This document shows, one piece after another, positions 17,775 to 28,470 of a stretch of DNA of 64,000 nucleotides. Each line of letters starts with the position of its first letter. Position 1 is the stretch's first letter. The notes under the pieces were generated by a model. That model had not been told where the DNA came from, made no database searches, and saw only the letters and a list, made by a program, of their open reading frames with translations. The DNA comes from an uncultured delta proteobacterium. Its GTDB lineage: Bacteria > Myxococcota_A > UBA9160 > SMWR01. The stretch covers positions 192,001 through 256,000 of the forward strand of contig CAWHTE010000005.1 of assembly GCA_963832165.1 (NCBI GenBank). Reading direction: 5' to 3'. The position numbers and the translations under genes were made by a program.

Positions 17775-18371
17775 ATGCGAAGACTGCTCCTGGGAATCGC
17801 GCTGTCGAGCGCGCTCGCGCTGCCGGCGCTGGCCGCGTTGAAAGAGGGCGAGGCCGCGCCCACCTTCACGGCCCGCGTGTCGGTGGCCGGTAAGGAATCA
17901 AACTTCTCGCTCACGGACGCACTCGGGAAGGGACCCGTCGTGGTCTACTTCTATCCGTCGGCGTACACGACCGGCTGCAATCTCGAGGCCCACGCGTTCG
18001 CGACCCAGATGGACGCGTTCAAGGCGGCGGGCGTGACCGTGATCGGCGTCTCGCACGACAGTATCTCTCGGCTCAACGACTTCTCCGCCGATCCGAAGTA
18101 CTGCGCGGGCAAGTTCCCCGTCGCCTCCGATCCCGACGGCGCGATCGCGCGGTCGTTCGGTCTCGCGGTGATGGATGCGAAGCCCGGAGCCAAGGACACA
18201 CGCGGTCAGGCGATCGATCACGCGTTCACCGAGCGCACGACGTTTGTGATCGCACCGGGTGGCAAGATCGCGAAGGTCCTCTCGTCCGCCGACGACCGGA
18301 TCGCGCCGTCCGATCACGCGGTCGAGTCGCTGCTGGCCGCGCAGAAGCTCGCGAAGCCCAAGGCCCGCTAG
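17775..18371 (+). CDS. Exported peroxiredoxin (Bcp-like)
   Basis: Signal peptide; VVYFYPSAYTTGC; GAGGAGG RBS. Confidence 0.85.
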   Translation: MRRLLLGIALSSALALPALAALKEGEAAPTFTARVSVAGKESNFSLTDALGKGPVVVYFYPSAYTTGCNLEAHAFATQMDAFKAAGVTVIGVSHDSISRLNDFSADPKYCAGKFPVASDPDGAIARSFGLAVMDAKPGAKDTRGQAIDHAFTERTTFVIAPGGKIAKVLSSADDRIAPSDHAVESLLAAQKLAKPKAR

Positions 18372-19057
18372 AACAGCGACGGCTGGCGCAGGGGCTCGGG
18401 CACCGCGTCCAGCAGAGCAGCGTCGTCGTTCTCGATCCGATTCACGCGCGTGCCGACCGGGCGCAGCGCGAGCGCATCGGGCGCGAGCGGCGCGAGCAGC
18501 TCCGCGAGCGAGGCGACGTCGCGCGTGGGGTCGAGCCACGCCGCGTAGGTATCGGGCGCGAGGATCGCGGGCATGCGGTCGTGCAGCTCGGCGATGCGCG
18601 CGTTCGCGGCCGTGGTCAGCAGCGCACAGGTCTCGAGCCGCGCACCGCCCGGGGCGATCCAGCGCTCCCAGAGTCCCGCGATGCCGAGCGGCGCGCCGTC
18701 GCTCGGCGCGATCCAGTACGGCTGCCGGAAGTCGCCGCGGTCGGCCCACTCATAGAAGCCGCTCGCGGGAACGATGCAGCGCCGTGCGCGGAACGCGTCG
18801 CGGAACGCGGGGCGCACCGCGGCCGTCTCCGAGCGTGCGTTGATGAGCGCCGCGCCGGCCGCCTCCGGACCCGACCACGCGGGCACGAGCCCCCAGCGCA
18901 GCAGTCCCGCGGCGCGCTCTCCGCCGTCCGCGCGGATCGCGAGCACGTGTTGGCCCGGCGCGATGTTGAAGCGCGGCGCGCAGTCCGGCGGCGCACCGAG
19001 CCCGAAACGCTCTGCGAGCGACTCGGGAGTGGAGGTCAGCGTGAATCGGCCACACAT
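18368..19057 (-). CDS. SOS response-associated peptidase (SRAP/YedK family)
   Basis: MCGRF N-terminus, RFNIAPGQ, INARSE, HDRMP. Confidence 0.95.
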   Translation of the reverse strand: MCGRFTLTSTPESLAERFGLGAPPDCAPRFNIAPGQHVLAIRADGGERAAGLLRWGLVPAWSGPEAAGAALINARSETAAVRPAFRDAFRARRCIVPASGFYEWADRGDFRQPYWIAPSDGAPLGIAGLWERWIAPGGARLETCALLTTAANARIAELHDRMPAILAPDTYAAWLDPTRDVASLAELLAPLAPDALALRPVGTRVNRIENDDAALLDAVPEPLRQPSLF

Positions 19058-19245
19058 AGACTCGCACCCAGACTACCGATTCTGGGAAGCGCGGCGCCCC
19101 GAGCTGCCGGCTCGTGATGTACGCAACTCGTGCGCAGTCAGATCGCGCAACGCGCCGCGCGAGCGGACCGACTCGGCGATTGCGCTGACCGCGCACGTTT
19201 CTTGCACCAGCGGAGCGCACACCTGGAATCCCGGGAGGACCCTCC

Positions 19246-20769
19246 ATGCGCCGAGCTCGCAGCCTTGCGATCACCCTCGTCACGCTCAGCGCCGCGCACA
19301 CGCTCGGCTGCTGGTCCGTTCACAAACGCGAGAACGACCTCGACCGATCGCCCGTGGTCAACCACGGCGCCGGCGCGACCGTCATCTACCCGGGCGGGAA
19401 CGCACCGATGCATCCGGGCAACTTCCATCCTCGCGAGGCCGGCTACGGACAGGGCGTGCTGTCGCAGCCGGGCGCTCCGCCGAACACCTACGCACCGGGC
19501 GCGGCACCCAGCTACAAGCCCGGTTCAGCGCCCGCTCCCGCACCCGCACCGACTTCCGGAAACTATCCCGTGCCGCAGAACGCGGTCGCGCGCAACGTGG
19601 CCGTGCCGCCGCCCGAGTTCGGCTCGGGCAACGGCAGTGCGAGCAGCAGCGGATCCGCGGCGCCGCGCGGCGCAGGGGTCGCGATGCTCGGCGGCACCGA
19701 GATCGAAGAGACGCAGCACATCAAGATCAACGAAGAGCCCAAGTGGCTCAAGTACATCGCGCTGCCGTTCGTGGCGCTCGCGGCGCCGATCAAGTACGGC
19801 GCCGACAAGATGGCGGGCGACCCCGCGCCTGCGCCGACCGTGCCGCGCAACGAGCACCAGGCGCGGCCCGAGCTCCAGACCGCGCCCGCGCCGACCGACT
19901 ACGAGACCACGCGACTCCAGGGCATGGAGCGCGAGCTGGCCCAGCGCGGGGCCACACCGCCGCCCGCGCCGAGCGCAGCGACACCGGCGCCCGTCGCACC
20001 CGGCTCGAGCTTCTCGGACGAGCTCGCGGCGCTGCGCCGCCGCGCCAATCCCGCGCCTGCCCAGCCCGTGCAGCCCGTGCAGCCGACTCAGCCCATGCCG
20101 CCGGTGCAGCCCACACAGGCGCCCCTGCCCCCGGTCTCGGCGCCGCCCGTGATCGCGGCCGCGAACCCCGCGCCACCCGTTGCCACCCCGAGCACCGGCC
20201 AGGTCGATCGCGACGGCGACGGCCGCACCGACCACTGGATCACGCGCGAGAACGGCGCGATCGCGCGCGAGGTATTCGACGAGAACTTCGACGGCAGACC
20301 CGACCGCACGCTCGTCTACGATCCCGCGTCGCACCAGGTGGTGCAGCTCGAAGAGGACGCCAACTTCGACGGCAGAAGCGATGCGTTCACGGCGCTGCGC
20401 GGCGGACAGGTGATCGGACGGCGCGTCGACGGCAATGGCGATGGCCAGATCGATTCGTGGAGCATCTACCGCGCCGGCGTGATCACGCGCCTCGAGCGCG
20501 ACGCGAACGGCGATGGCTTCCGCGACCACGTCGCCTACTATCAGGAAGGCCGCCTCGCGCGCGAGGAGCGCGACGACGACGGCGACGGCCGCACCGACCT
20601 GATCAGCTACTTCGACCAGGGCGAGCGCGTCTCGCGCGTCGAAGAGGACTCGAACGGCGATGGCGAGATGGACGTGGTCTCCCACTACGAGAACGGCCGC
20701 CTCGCGCGCCGCGAGGTGCTCGACGCATCGGTGCTGAGCGCGAACCCGCCGGAAGCGGATCCCAAGTAG
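19246..20769 (+). CDS. Putative lipoprotein with Pro-rich linker and Dx[DN]xDG repeats
   Basis: Signal peptide ending TLGC; seven Dx[DN]xDGxxD repeats at the C-terminus. Confidence 0.7.
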   Translation: MRRARSLAITLVTLSAAHTLGCWSVHKRENDLDRSPVVNHGAGATVIYPGGNAPMHPGNFHPREAGYGQGVLSQPGAPPNTYAPGAAPSYKPGSAPAPAPAPTSGNYPVPQNAVARNVAVPPPEFGSGNGSASSSGSAAPRGAGVAMLGGTEIEETQHIKINEEPKWLKYIALPFVALAAPIKYGADKMAGDPAPAPTVPRNEHQARPELQTAPAPTDYETTRLQGMERELAQRGATPPPAPSAATPAPVAPGSSFSDELAALRRRANPAPAQPVQPVQPTQPMPPVQPTQAPLPPVSAPPVIAAANPAPPVATPSTGQVDRDGDGRTDHWITRENGAIAREVFDENFDGRPDRTLVYDPASHQVVQLEEDANFDGRSDAFTALRGGQVIGRRVDGNGDGQIDSWSIYRAGVITRLERDANGDGFRDHVAYYQEGRLAREERDDDGDGRTDLISYFDQGERVSRVEEDSNGDGEMDVVSHYENGRLARREVLDASVLSANPPEADPK

Positions 20770-21272
20770 TGCCGCGAACCCCGGTCCAGGCGTTCGCGTT
20801 CCTGTTCGGGCTCTGGCTCGCGCTGTGGTTCTCGCCGTTCGGCGCGCGCGGCGAGACGGCGACGGGCGCGTTCGGAGGCCTCGAGGCATCGCTGCACCAC
20901 GGAGTGAACGCGGTGCGCGCCCAGCAGCACCTGATCCCGCTCGAGCGCCGCCCCGAGCTCGACGCGGTCGCGCTCGCGCACAGCCAGGACATGGTCGCGC
21001 GCCACTTCTTCGCGCACGAGAGCCCGGAGGGGCACAACGCGCTCAACCGGCTCGAGAGCGCGCGCGTCGAGGGCTTCTCGCTCGCGGCGGAGAACATCGG
21101 CATCACCGACCGGCCCGATTCCAACCGCGAGATCCTGCGCGCGTGGATCGAGTCCGAGGTGCACCGCACCAACCTGTTCGCGCCGCCGTTCAACGCCACG
21201 GGGATCGGCATTGCGCGCGCGCCCAACGGGTCGCTGGTCTACACGCAGCTCTACGTCACGTATCCGCGGTAG
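20769..21272 (+). CDS. CAP/SCP domain protein
   Basis: HSQDM...FFAHESP, AENIG, W..SEVHRTNL, GIG. Confidence 0.85.
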   Translation: MPRTPVQAFAFLFGLWLALWFSPFGARGETATGAFGGLEASLHHGVNAVRAQQHLIPLERRPELDAVALAHSQDMVARHFFAHESPEGHNALNRLESARVEGFSLAAENIGITDRPDSNREILRAWIESEVHRTNLFAPPFNATGIGIARAPNGSLVYTQLYVTYPR

Positions 21273-21284
21273 CATCGCGGGCCC

Positions 21285-22154
21285 GTGAAGGTCCATCTCG
21301 TCGACGGCACCTACGAGCTGTTCCGCCACTTCTTCGCGCTGCCCTCGCACACGCGCGCGGACGGGCAGGAGGTGGCCGCCGTGCGCGGCGTGCTCGCGTC
21401 GCTAGTCGGCCTGCTCGAGGAAGGAGCGACCCACGTGGGCGTCGCGACCGACCACGTGATCGAGTCGTTCCGCAACGACCTCTACCCGCACTACAAGACC
21501 GGCGCGGGCATCGACCCCGCACTGCGCTCCCAGTTCGAGCCGCTCGAGGAGGCGCTTGCCGCGGCGGGCTTCGCGGTCTGGCCGCTCGTCGAGTACGAGG
21601 CCGACGACGGCCTCGCTGCGGCCGCCGCCCTCGCCGCGGCCGATCCGCGCGTCGAGCGCGTGCTGATCTGCACGCCCGACAAGGACCTCGCGCAGTGCGT
21701 GATCGGCACGCGCGTGCAGCTCTTCGACCGGCGCCAGCGCGTGGCGCTCGATGCAGCGGGCGTGCGCGCGAAGTTCGGCGTCGACCCCGAATCGATTCCC
21801 GACTATCTCGCGCTCGTGGGCGACAGCGCCGACGGCTTCCCGGGGCTGCCCGGGTGGGGCGCGAAATCGGCGGCCGCCGTGATCGGCCACTACGGCCACC
21901 TCGAGAAGATCCCGGCGTCGCCCCAGGACTGGGCCGTGCCCGTGCGCGGCGCGGCCAAGCTCGCGGCCACGCTCGAGGCGCAGCGCGCCGATGCGCTGCT
22001 GTTCCGGCGGCTGGCCACGCTCGCGCGCGAGGGACCCGCCGTGGGCGCGCTCGACGACTGGCTCTGGCGTGGCCCGACCCCGGCGTTCGCGGAGATCGCG
22101 GCCGGGCTCGGGGCGCAGGCGCTCGCGGTGCGCCTCGCGCGGCTCGCGCGTTAG
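21285..22154 (+). CDS. Stand-alone 5'-3' exonuclease/flap endonuclease
   Basis: LVDG, FRNDLYPHYK, EADD, DKD, LVGDSADGFPG. Confidence 0.92.
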   Translation: MKVHLVDGTYELFRHFFALPSHTRADGQEVAAVRGVLASLVGLLEEGATHVGVATDHVIESFRNDLYPHYKTGAGIDPALRSQFEPLEEALAAAGFAVWPLVEYEADDGLAAAAALAAADPRVERVLICTPDKDLAQCVIGTRVQLFDRRQRVALDAAGVRAKFGVDPESIPDYLALVGDSADGFPGLPGWGAKSAAAVIGHYGHLEKIPASPQDWAVPVRGAAKLAATLEAQRADALLFRRLATLAREGPAVGALDDWLWRGPTPAFAEIAAGLGAQALAVRLARLAR

Positions 22155-23011
22155 TGCAGCGACGAGAGCGTGGCCGTGGTCCGGCGGTCGTCCCAGTAGA
22201 TGTCGATCGGGGCGGACGCGTCGAGGTGCGCGGGCAGCACCGCATAGCCGAGCACACGCTGGCCCGCGGCGAGATCCCCCAGCGCACCGTCGATCACGCC
22301 GAGCTGATCGGGATTCGCGGGATCGGGGTGGAATGCGACGTGGCCCTGCACGAAGGTGAGATTGGCGTGGATCGCGCCCGCCTTGCGCGCTTCGGCGCGA
22401 AACACCACGACCGGGCCGCGCTGTCCGCCGCCCTGGGTCGCTAGCGCCGCATGCACGCGCTGCTCGAACAGCGCCGAGCGCGCGAGCTGGAGCATCGCGG
22501 TGCGCTCGCCGTCGGCGCTGAAGCGCGACACGGCCGCCGGAGCGACCGACTGCGTGAGCGCGACGATCTCGTCGAGGTCCTCGACGTCGCTCGGCGTCAG
22601 CGCGAGGTCGAGCCTGCGCGCGGCCGCGGGTGTGAGTGCTGCGACCTGGGTGGGCGCCGTCGGAGGCGCCGCGGGCGCGGTCGCCGGTACGGGTGCCGTC
22701 GCGGGGGCAGGTGCGGTCGCGGGGCTCGGCGGCGCCGAGGGCGGGACCCCCGACTCGACGAGGTTGTAGGGATTGTTCGGATCCGCGAGCCGGTTGAAGC
22801 GCTCCCAGCCATACGGGCGCGGCAGAAGCTCGGGCTGGAGCGGCGGGAGGTCCTGGGGGTCGACGCGCTTGGCCTCGCGACACGGAATTGCGTCGGCGCT
22901 CTGAACGATGAAGATGCTGCCATCCGGGCACACGCCGCTGATCGCGGCAGCGGCCGGGGCGGCGGCGAGCAGGGTCGCGAACGCGCTCAAGAGGCTCGGT
23001 CGGATCGGCAT
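22151..23011 (-). CDS. Hypothetical exported protein
   Basis: Signal peptide, Cys pair, Pro/Ala linker. Confidence 0.65.
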   Translation of the reverse strand: MPIRPSLLSAFATLLAAAPAAAAISGVCPDGSIFIVQSADAIPCREAKRVDPQDLPPLQPELLPRPYGWERFNRLADPNNPYNLVESGVPPSAPPSPATAPAPATAPVPATAPAAPPTAPTQVAALTPAAARRLDLALTPSDVEDLDEIVALTQSVAPAAVSRFSADGERTAMLQLARSALFEQRVHAALATQGGGQRGPVVVFRAEARKAGAIHANLTFVQGHVAFHPDPANPDQLGVIDGALGDLAAGQRVLGYAVLPAHLDASAPIDIYWDDRRTTATLSSLH

Positions 23012-23184
23012 GGCGGGACACCTCTCAGCGTCCAGTCTACCTTGAAAAATAAAGCAAAATCAATGGGATACGAGCCAGATGTCGCGCGATTTCGAGGCGC
23101 GATCTTTCCCGCGTGCGCTCGCCTGCTTGGCGCGGGTTCTGCGCGCGGCTGAACCCTCGCGGATCGCCGCGCAACCCCGTGCGT

Positions 23185-23820
23185 TTAGTGCGTGGTGAGC
23201 GGGGCGAGCTCGATGTCGTCGACGTCGTCTTCGCCGAGGTCGTCGTCGGGCAGCGCGGGCAGCGCGGGCGCCGCCACTTCCTCGACCTCGCCCGCCTCCG
23301 GGAGCGCCTCGATCGCGCGCAGCGCGGGCAGATCGCCGAGCTTCGCAAGACCGAACACCTCGAGGAAACGGCGCGACGTGGCGTACACGATCGGGCGACC
23401 CGGCACCTCGCGGTGTCCCGCGATGCGCGCGAGCTGGCGGTCGAGCAGGCTTCGCAGCACCGCGCCCGCATCGACGCCTCGGACGTGCTCGATCTCCGCG
23501 CGCGTGACGGGCTGGCGATACGCGATCACCGCGAGCGTCTCGAGCGCTGCGGGCGAAAGCCGCAGCGGACGCGTCGTCTGGATCTCGCGCAGGTAGGGAG
23601 CGAACTCCGGCAGGGAGCGCAGCTGGTAGCCGCCCGCCACCTCCCAGATCTCGAACGCGCGTCGCTGCTCGGCGTATTCCGCGTTGAGCTCGTCGACGAT
23701 CGCGCGTACCTGGGACGGATTGCACGACGGCAGCACCCCGGCGATCCGCGCGGGCGGCATCGGCTCGTTCGATGCGAGGATGATCGCTTCGACGATGCGG
23801 CGCTCCTGCTCACGTTCCAT
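23185..23820 (-). CDS. scpB: SMC-Scp complex subunit ScpB
   Basis: LSPAALETLAVIAYRQPVTRAEIE..RGVD, GRPIVY. Confidence 0.95.
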   Translation of the reverse strand: MEREQERRIVEAIILASNEPMPPARIAGVLPSCNPSQVRAIVDELNAEYAEQRRAFEIWEVAGGYQLRSLPEFAPYLREIQTTRPLRLSPAALETLAVIAYRQPVTRAEIEHVRGVDAGAVLRSLLDRQLARIAGHREVPGRPIVYATSRRFLEVFGLAKLGDLPALRAIEALPEAGEVEEVAAPALPALPDDDLGEDDVDDIELAPLTTH

Positions 23821-23876
23821 CGGTTCTCCTCTTCGCGCGGCGGATTGCGCCCTTCGGGCCGATCCGCCCTAGGTCG

Positions 23877-24746
23877 TTACATCAGCTCGGAGACGCGCTG
23901 CTCCCAGTCGCTCGCGCCGCCCTCGCCGCGCCGGCGCACGTGGATCGCGCCGTGCGGGGCACCGAGCTCGTCCACCCCCTGATACAGGCCGATCGCCTCG
24001 AGCCGCGTGAGCTCGAGGATGGCGAGGAACGTGGCGACGATCAGTCCGCGCGAGAGCGGTGCATCGCCCGCGAGCAGGTCTTCGAACTCGCACGCCTCGC
24101 GCGAGGTGAGCGCCCCCATCACCGCCACCATGCGCTCGCGCACGGTGATCGTCTCGACCTCCACCTCGTGCGCCGCGCCGGTGTGTCCCCCGCGCGCGAG
24201 CGCGCGGCGCATCGCGTCGACGAGCTCGAACAGCCCGACCTCGATCTCGCGCTCGGCCTCGGGCAGAGGCTCGACGCCCTGCGCGTGCGCGGAGAACACG
24301 TCGCGCCCGAGCAGCTGGCGGTCGCCGATCTCGCCCGCGACCTCCTTGAAGCGCTGGTACTCGAGCAGGCGCGCCACGAGCTCCGCGCGCGGGTCGATGT
24401 CCTTGTCCGCGATCGCGCTCGGATCCGGCGGCAGGAGCATCCGCGACTTGATCCAGGCCAGCGTCGCCGCCATCACGAGGTATTCGCCCGCGATGTCGAG
24501 CTGGAGGTCGCGCATGAGCTCGAGGTATTCGAGGTACTGCTCGGCGATCCGCGCGATCGGGATGTCGGTGATGTCGACTTCGTCGATCCGGATCAGGTGC
24601 AGCAGGAGGTCGAGCGGGCCCTCGAAGATCGGCAGCTTCACGGCGCACGTGGAGGCGCCAGCCGACCACTCGCGCTCGATCGCGTCGGTGGCTCCCGCAA
24701 GAGAATCGGGCGTTCCGTCCGAAGGGGGCGGACCCGCGGTTGTCAT
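23877..24746 (-). CDS. scpA: Segregation/condensation protein A
   Basis: FEGPLDLLLHLI, EYLVMAATL, FLAILEL. Confidence 0.95.
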   Translation of the reverse strand: MTTAGPPPSDGTPDSLAGATDAIEREWSAGASTCAVKLPIFEGPLDLLLHLIRIDEVDITDIPIARIAEQYLEYLELMRDLQLDIAGEYLVMAATLAWIKSRMLLPPDPSAIADKDIDPRAELVARLLEYQRFKEVAGEIGDRQLLGRDVFSAHAQGVEPLPEAEREIEVGLFELVDAMRRALARGGHTGAAHEVEVETITVRERMVAVMGALTSREACEFEDLLAGDAPLSRGLIVATFLAILELTRLEAIGLYQGVDELGAPHGAIHVRRRGEGGASDWEQRVSELM

Positions 24747-24881
24747 GCTCACTCCGGCACAGGCTCGGCGGAGGGGGGAGGCGCGATCGAGTATCGGAGA
24801 TCGGATCCGCCGAGGCAAGCGCCCGGATGCGCGTGAAAAATTTGCGCGCGAGCCCGCGCGAACGCTTACCCTGCGGCCCCG

Positions 24882-26303
24882 ATGGACGATTTGCAGCAGC
24901 GGGAGCGCGAGCTCGCCCAGCGCATCGCGAGCTTCGTGAATCCGAGCAGCCCGCACGCCGTGGCCGCCGCGACGGCATTCCTGCTCACCTTCTACGTCGG
25001 GCTCGCGCTCGCCTACCGCGACGCGGTCCCGCTCTTCGAGGCTCCCGACGAGCCCTCGCACATCCACTACGCGGCGTTCGTGTACACGCACGCCCGCCTG
25101 CCGCGCCAGCAGTCCCTCGAGGTGCCCGGCGAGGGGATGCAGGCGCCGCTGGTCTATGCGGTGTCGGCGCCGCTGCTCGGCAATACCGGGATCGACGTCG
25201 CGCATGCCGCGGACGAGCTCCGGCTCGCCCTGCTCCCGTACTACTCCCACCCGCAGGAGAAAGCGGGCGGCCCCGCGATCGCCGCGTTCGAGCACGGCAA
25301 ACGCCAGTTCGTGACCGACGGCAGCCTCGAGCCGCTGCGCGTGCTGCGCAGCACGAGCCTCGCCTTCGGCCTGCTGACGGTGATCCTGACCTTCGCGGCC
25401 ATGTGGCGGCTGACGCGCGATGCGCGGATGGCGCTGCTCGCGGGCTCGCTCGTCGCCTTCAATCCACAGTTCCTGTTCAGCTCGGGCTACTTCTCGAACG
25501 ACCCCGCGGCCGCGGCGATCGGCGCCGCGGCGCTCTGGATCGTGGTGCGCGCACTCGAAGACCCGGAGCGCGCTCCCGCGCGCCGCGACTATTTCGCGGG
25601 CGCACTGCTGATCGGGCTCGGCGCGCTCACGAAGACCTCTACGCTGCCCGGCCTCGCCGTCGCGGCCGTGACGCTCGTCGCGGTCGATCATCGCGCGCGG
25701 CCCCAGGTGCGCAGGGATGTCGCGAGCGCGGCCGCACTCGTGCTGCTGCTCGCGGGCCCGTACCTGATCTGGGCGGCCAAGTACCGCGGCGGCCTGCTCG
25801 GCATCGACGCCGTGGTGGCGTCCACGGACATGATGCACCGCGCACACGGACTCGGCGGTCAGCTCTATCTCCTCGCGGGAAACTACTGGCAACGCACGCT
25901 CGAGTCGTTCTGGGGCCGGTTCGGCTGGTTCAACGTGCTCGTGCCGAGGGCGACCCTCCTCGCATTCTTCGCGATCACCTGGACCGGCGCGCTCGGATGG
26001 ATCGCGGGACGCGAGCGCCTGCTCCCGGAGAGCCTGGGCTCGCGCTTGCTGCGGCGATACCTGCTCGCAGCGTTCGGAGCCACGCTCGCCGTGCATCTCG
26101 CGATGAACCTCATGATCACCAATCCGCAGGGCCGCCTGCTCTTCCCGTGCATCTCGCAGATCGCGTTCCTGCTCGCGCTCGGCATCTACCGGTTGATCGG
26201 CAGCCCGAAGCGCATGCTTCCGCTCACGATCAGCGTCGTCCTGCTTCTGGTCGCGCTCGACGTCTACTGCCTGCGCGGCGTGCTCGTGCCCGCGTACCGG
26301 TAG
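24882..26303 (+). CDS. GT-C fold membrane glycosyltransferase (DUF2142/PMT-like)
   Basis: PDEPSH, SND, QGRLLFP, multiple TM segments. Confidence 0.7.
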   Translation: MDDLQQRERELAQRIASFVNPSSPHAVAAATAFLLTFYVGLALAYRDAVPLFEAPDEPSHIHYAAFVYTHARLPRQQSLEVPGEGMQAPLVYAVSAPLLGNTGIDVAHAADELRLALLPYYSHPQEKAGGPAIAAFEHGKRQFVTDGSLEPLRVLRSTSLAFGLLTVILTFAAMWRLTRDARMALLAGSLVAFNPQFLFSSGYFSNDPAAAAIGAAALWIVVRALEDPERAPARRDYFAGALLIGLGALTKTSTLPGLAVAAVTLVAVDHRARPQVRRDVASAAALVLLLAGPYLIWAAKYRGGLLGIDAVVASTDMMHRAHGLGGQLYLLAGNYWQRTLESFWGRFGWFNVLVPRATLLAFFAITWTGALGWIAGRERLLPESLGSRLLRRYLLAAFGATLAVHLAMNLMITNPQGRLLFPCISQIAFLLALGIYRLIGSPKRMLPLTISVVLLLVALDVYCLRGVLVPAYR

Positions 26304-27800
26304 GCGCAGCGCGCGACGCCAAACGCGGCGGCGGGCAGTGCCAGGAGCGCCGCGCGCTCGCGCCAGTCTGGCGGTGGCGGCGGCCGCAGCGAGATCCGCC
26401 GCGCAGACCACGTGCCCTGCGGAAGCTCGTCGCGCACGCGCCCGAACTCGTCCACGACCGCGGAGAGCCCGCCGTGCGCAACGCGCACCAGCGCGAGGCG
26501 CTGCTCGATCGCGCGAAAGCGCGCGAGCTCCAGCAGCTGCCGGCGCGCGGCCGCGCTCTGCAGCCAGCTGTCGTCGGCGAGATTCACGAGCGCGAAAGCG
26601 GCGGGCGTCCGCCGGCGCGCGGCGATTCCGGGGAACAGGACCTCGTAGCAGAGCAGCGGCGCGACGCGAACCGGCCCGCGAAAGGTCGGCGGGCCCTCGA
26701 CCTCCTCGACGCGATTCCACGCGGCGGCGCCGCCGAACAGGCGCACGAGCAGCGCATCGCCCGGAAAGCGCCGGCTCGATTCCAGCAGCGGGATCGCGCG
26801 CGCCTTGTCGAGCCGCGCCGTGATTCCGCGTTCGGGCTCGAGCCACACGACCGAGCTCCGGTAGCGCTCCGTTCTGCCCGCGCTGGACGCCATCACGAGT
26901 CCGGTCAGGACCGGAATGCCCAGCTCGTCCACCCACGCGAGGAGCGACGCGGAGAGCTCGCGCGACCCGTCCACGCGCGCCGTGAGCAGATTCTCGGGCA
27001 GCACGAGTGCATCGATTCGGGTCGTTTCGCGTGCCACTGCGCGGTCGGCGAAGGCGCGCACGCGGTGCAGGTGGAGCGGCTGGAGGGCGTCGTTCCAGCG
27101 CTCGCCGCGCGGCAGGTCCGGCTGGACCAGCAGCAGATCGACGGTCTCGGTCGACGCGTGTGGACGCATCGCCTCGGCGACGGGAAGACCGAAGTGCGCC
27201 AGCGCGAGCCAGCTCGCGCCGAGCGCCAGCGCGAGCTGTGCTGCGCCCGCGCGCTTCCGTCCGAGATCGGCCAGCGCACAGTTCGATGCGACGAGCAGCG
27301 CCGAGATCAGGGGCACACCCGCCACCGCGGCGAGCTGCGCTACGCCGATCGCACCGCGCTGCGACACGCCCAGCAGGCCCGCGGGCACGCCCCACCACAC
27401 CCGTCCGATCGCGGTCTCGCCGGCGAACACAGCCGCCGCGATCGCGAGCGCGCGCGGCCCCGGACCCCAGCGCGCCGTCGCGCGCGACGCGACTCCGATG
27501 AGCCCGAACACCGGGCCGGGCTCGCCCACAGCGACACGAGCACCAGCCCCGCGAGCGACGCAGGCCGCGACGCGCCGAGCTCCGTGAGCGCCGCCGGAAG
27601 CCAGGCGAGTCGCGATCCCATGGAGCGCTCCCGCGAACGACGCCGAGCGCGGCTGCTTCGAGCCATCCCGCCCTGCGCGCCGCCGCGAGCAGCGGAATCA
27701 GGAACACCCCGCCGAGCGGCCAACCCGCCTCTCGATGCACCGGCACGGCGAGCAGCAACGAGCTCAGCGCCGCGAGCGCAACCCGCTCTCCAAACGACAT
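26264..27800 (-). CDS. lnt: Apolipoprotein N-acyltransferase (about 2 frameshifts in the N-terminal part)
   Basis: Nitrilase triad context LPE, DK...P, LLCYE; N-terminal TM helices in adjacent frames. Confidence 0.8.
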
Positions 27801-27961
27801 GCGCGAACTCGAACGGCGACCGGGCCCTTCGAGAATAACCGGGTCGCAGTCAGCAGCGCTGCTGCAGGAGCTCGAGCGGATCGGGGCGTCCGGCAAGACC
27901 GACGGAGCCGGGGAGAAAGCCGCCCAGGCTGCCGGACGCTATCGGCGTCTGGCCTGGCTCC

Positions 27962-28387
27962 TCAGCTTCCGCCGAGCTGGATCTCCACCAGCGTGCCGAA
28001 GCCCGGGAGCGCGTTCGGTCGTAGCCGCCCGAACACGTCACGCGTGTGGGCGGGGTCGTCGCGCACGGCGCGCGCGCGGCCCGCGAGCGTCTCGCCGCGC
28101 AGCCACAGCGTGACAGGCTTCTCGTCTCCCACGATCTCCTTCCACCACCGACCGTCCGCGGCGGCGTAGACGCGGTTGCCCTCGCGCAGATAGTTGACGG
28201 GGATGCGCCGGCCGCTCGGCAACGTCAACAGCATCACCTTCTGCGCGCGCTCACCATCCGGATCGCCGATCAGCTCGCGCTCGACGCGCGGATTGGCGAC
28301 GCGCGCGAAGTAGAGCGAGCTGCCGAGCACCAGCGCGACCGCGCAGGCGAGCGCGGCGATCGAGAGAGTCACCACGGGTCGTTTCAT
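27962..28387 (-). CDS. Deazaflavin-dependent nitroreductase-like (split-barrel) protein
   Basis: LLTLPSGRRIPVNY, WWK.I, GRARAV; N-terminal TM segment. Confidence 0.6.
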   Translation of the reverse strand: MKRPVVTLSIAALACAVALVLGSSLYFARVANPRVERELIGDPDGERAQKVMLLTLPSGRRIPVNYLREGNRVYAAADGRWWKEIVGDEKPVTLWLRGETLAGRARAVRDDPAHTRDVFGRLRPNALPGFGTLVEIQLGGS

Positions 28388-28470
28388 CCAGGCGTTCCGG
28401 TTTCCGGCAATTTATCATCGAGCGCAGGGCCGGATCGAAGCCGATCGCCCGCGATCGAGGAGGAAGGTCC

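Noticed and set aside
11637..22154. alkA, SRAP and flap endonuclease as a dedicated repair cluster
   Set aside because: Separated by unrelated genes and on different strands
23877..27896. 1339-aa ORF and similar long Arg/Ala-rich ORFs (e.g. 24740-27838, the N-terminal part of 11637-14024)
   Set aside because: Shadow frames of high-GC genes; only the scpA, lnt and alkA portions are real
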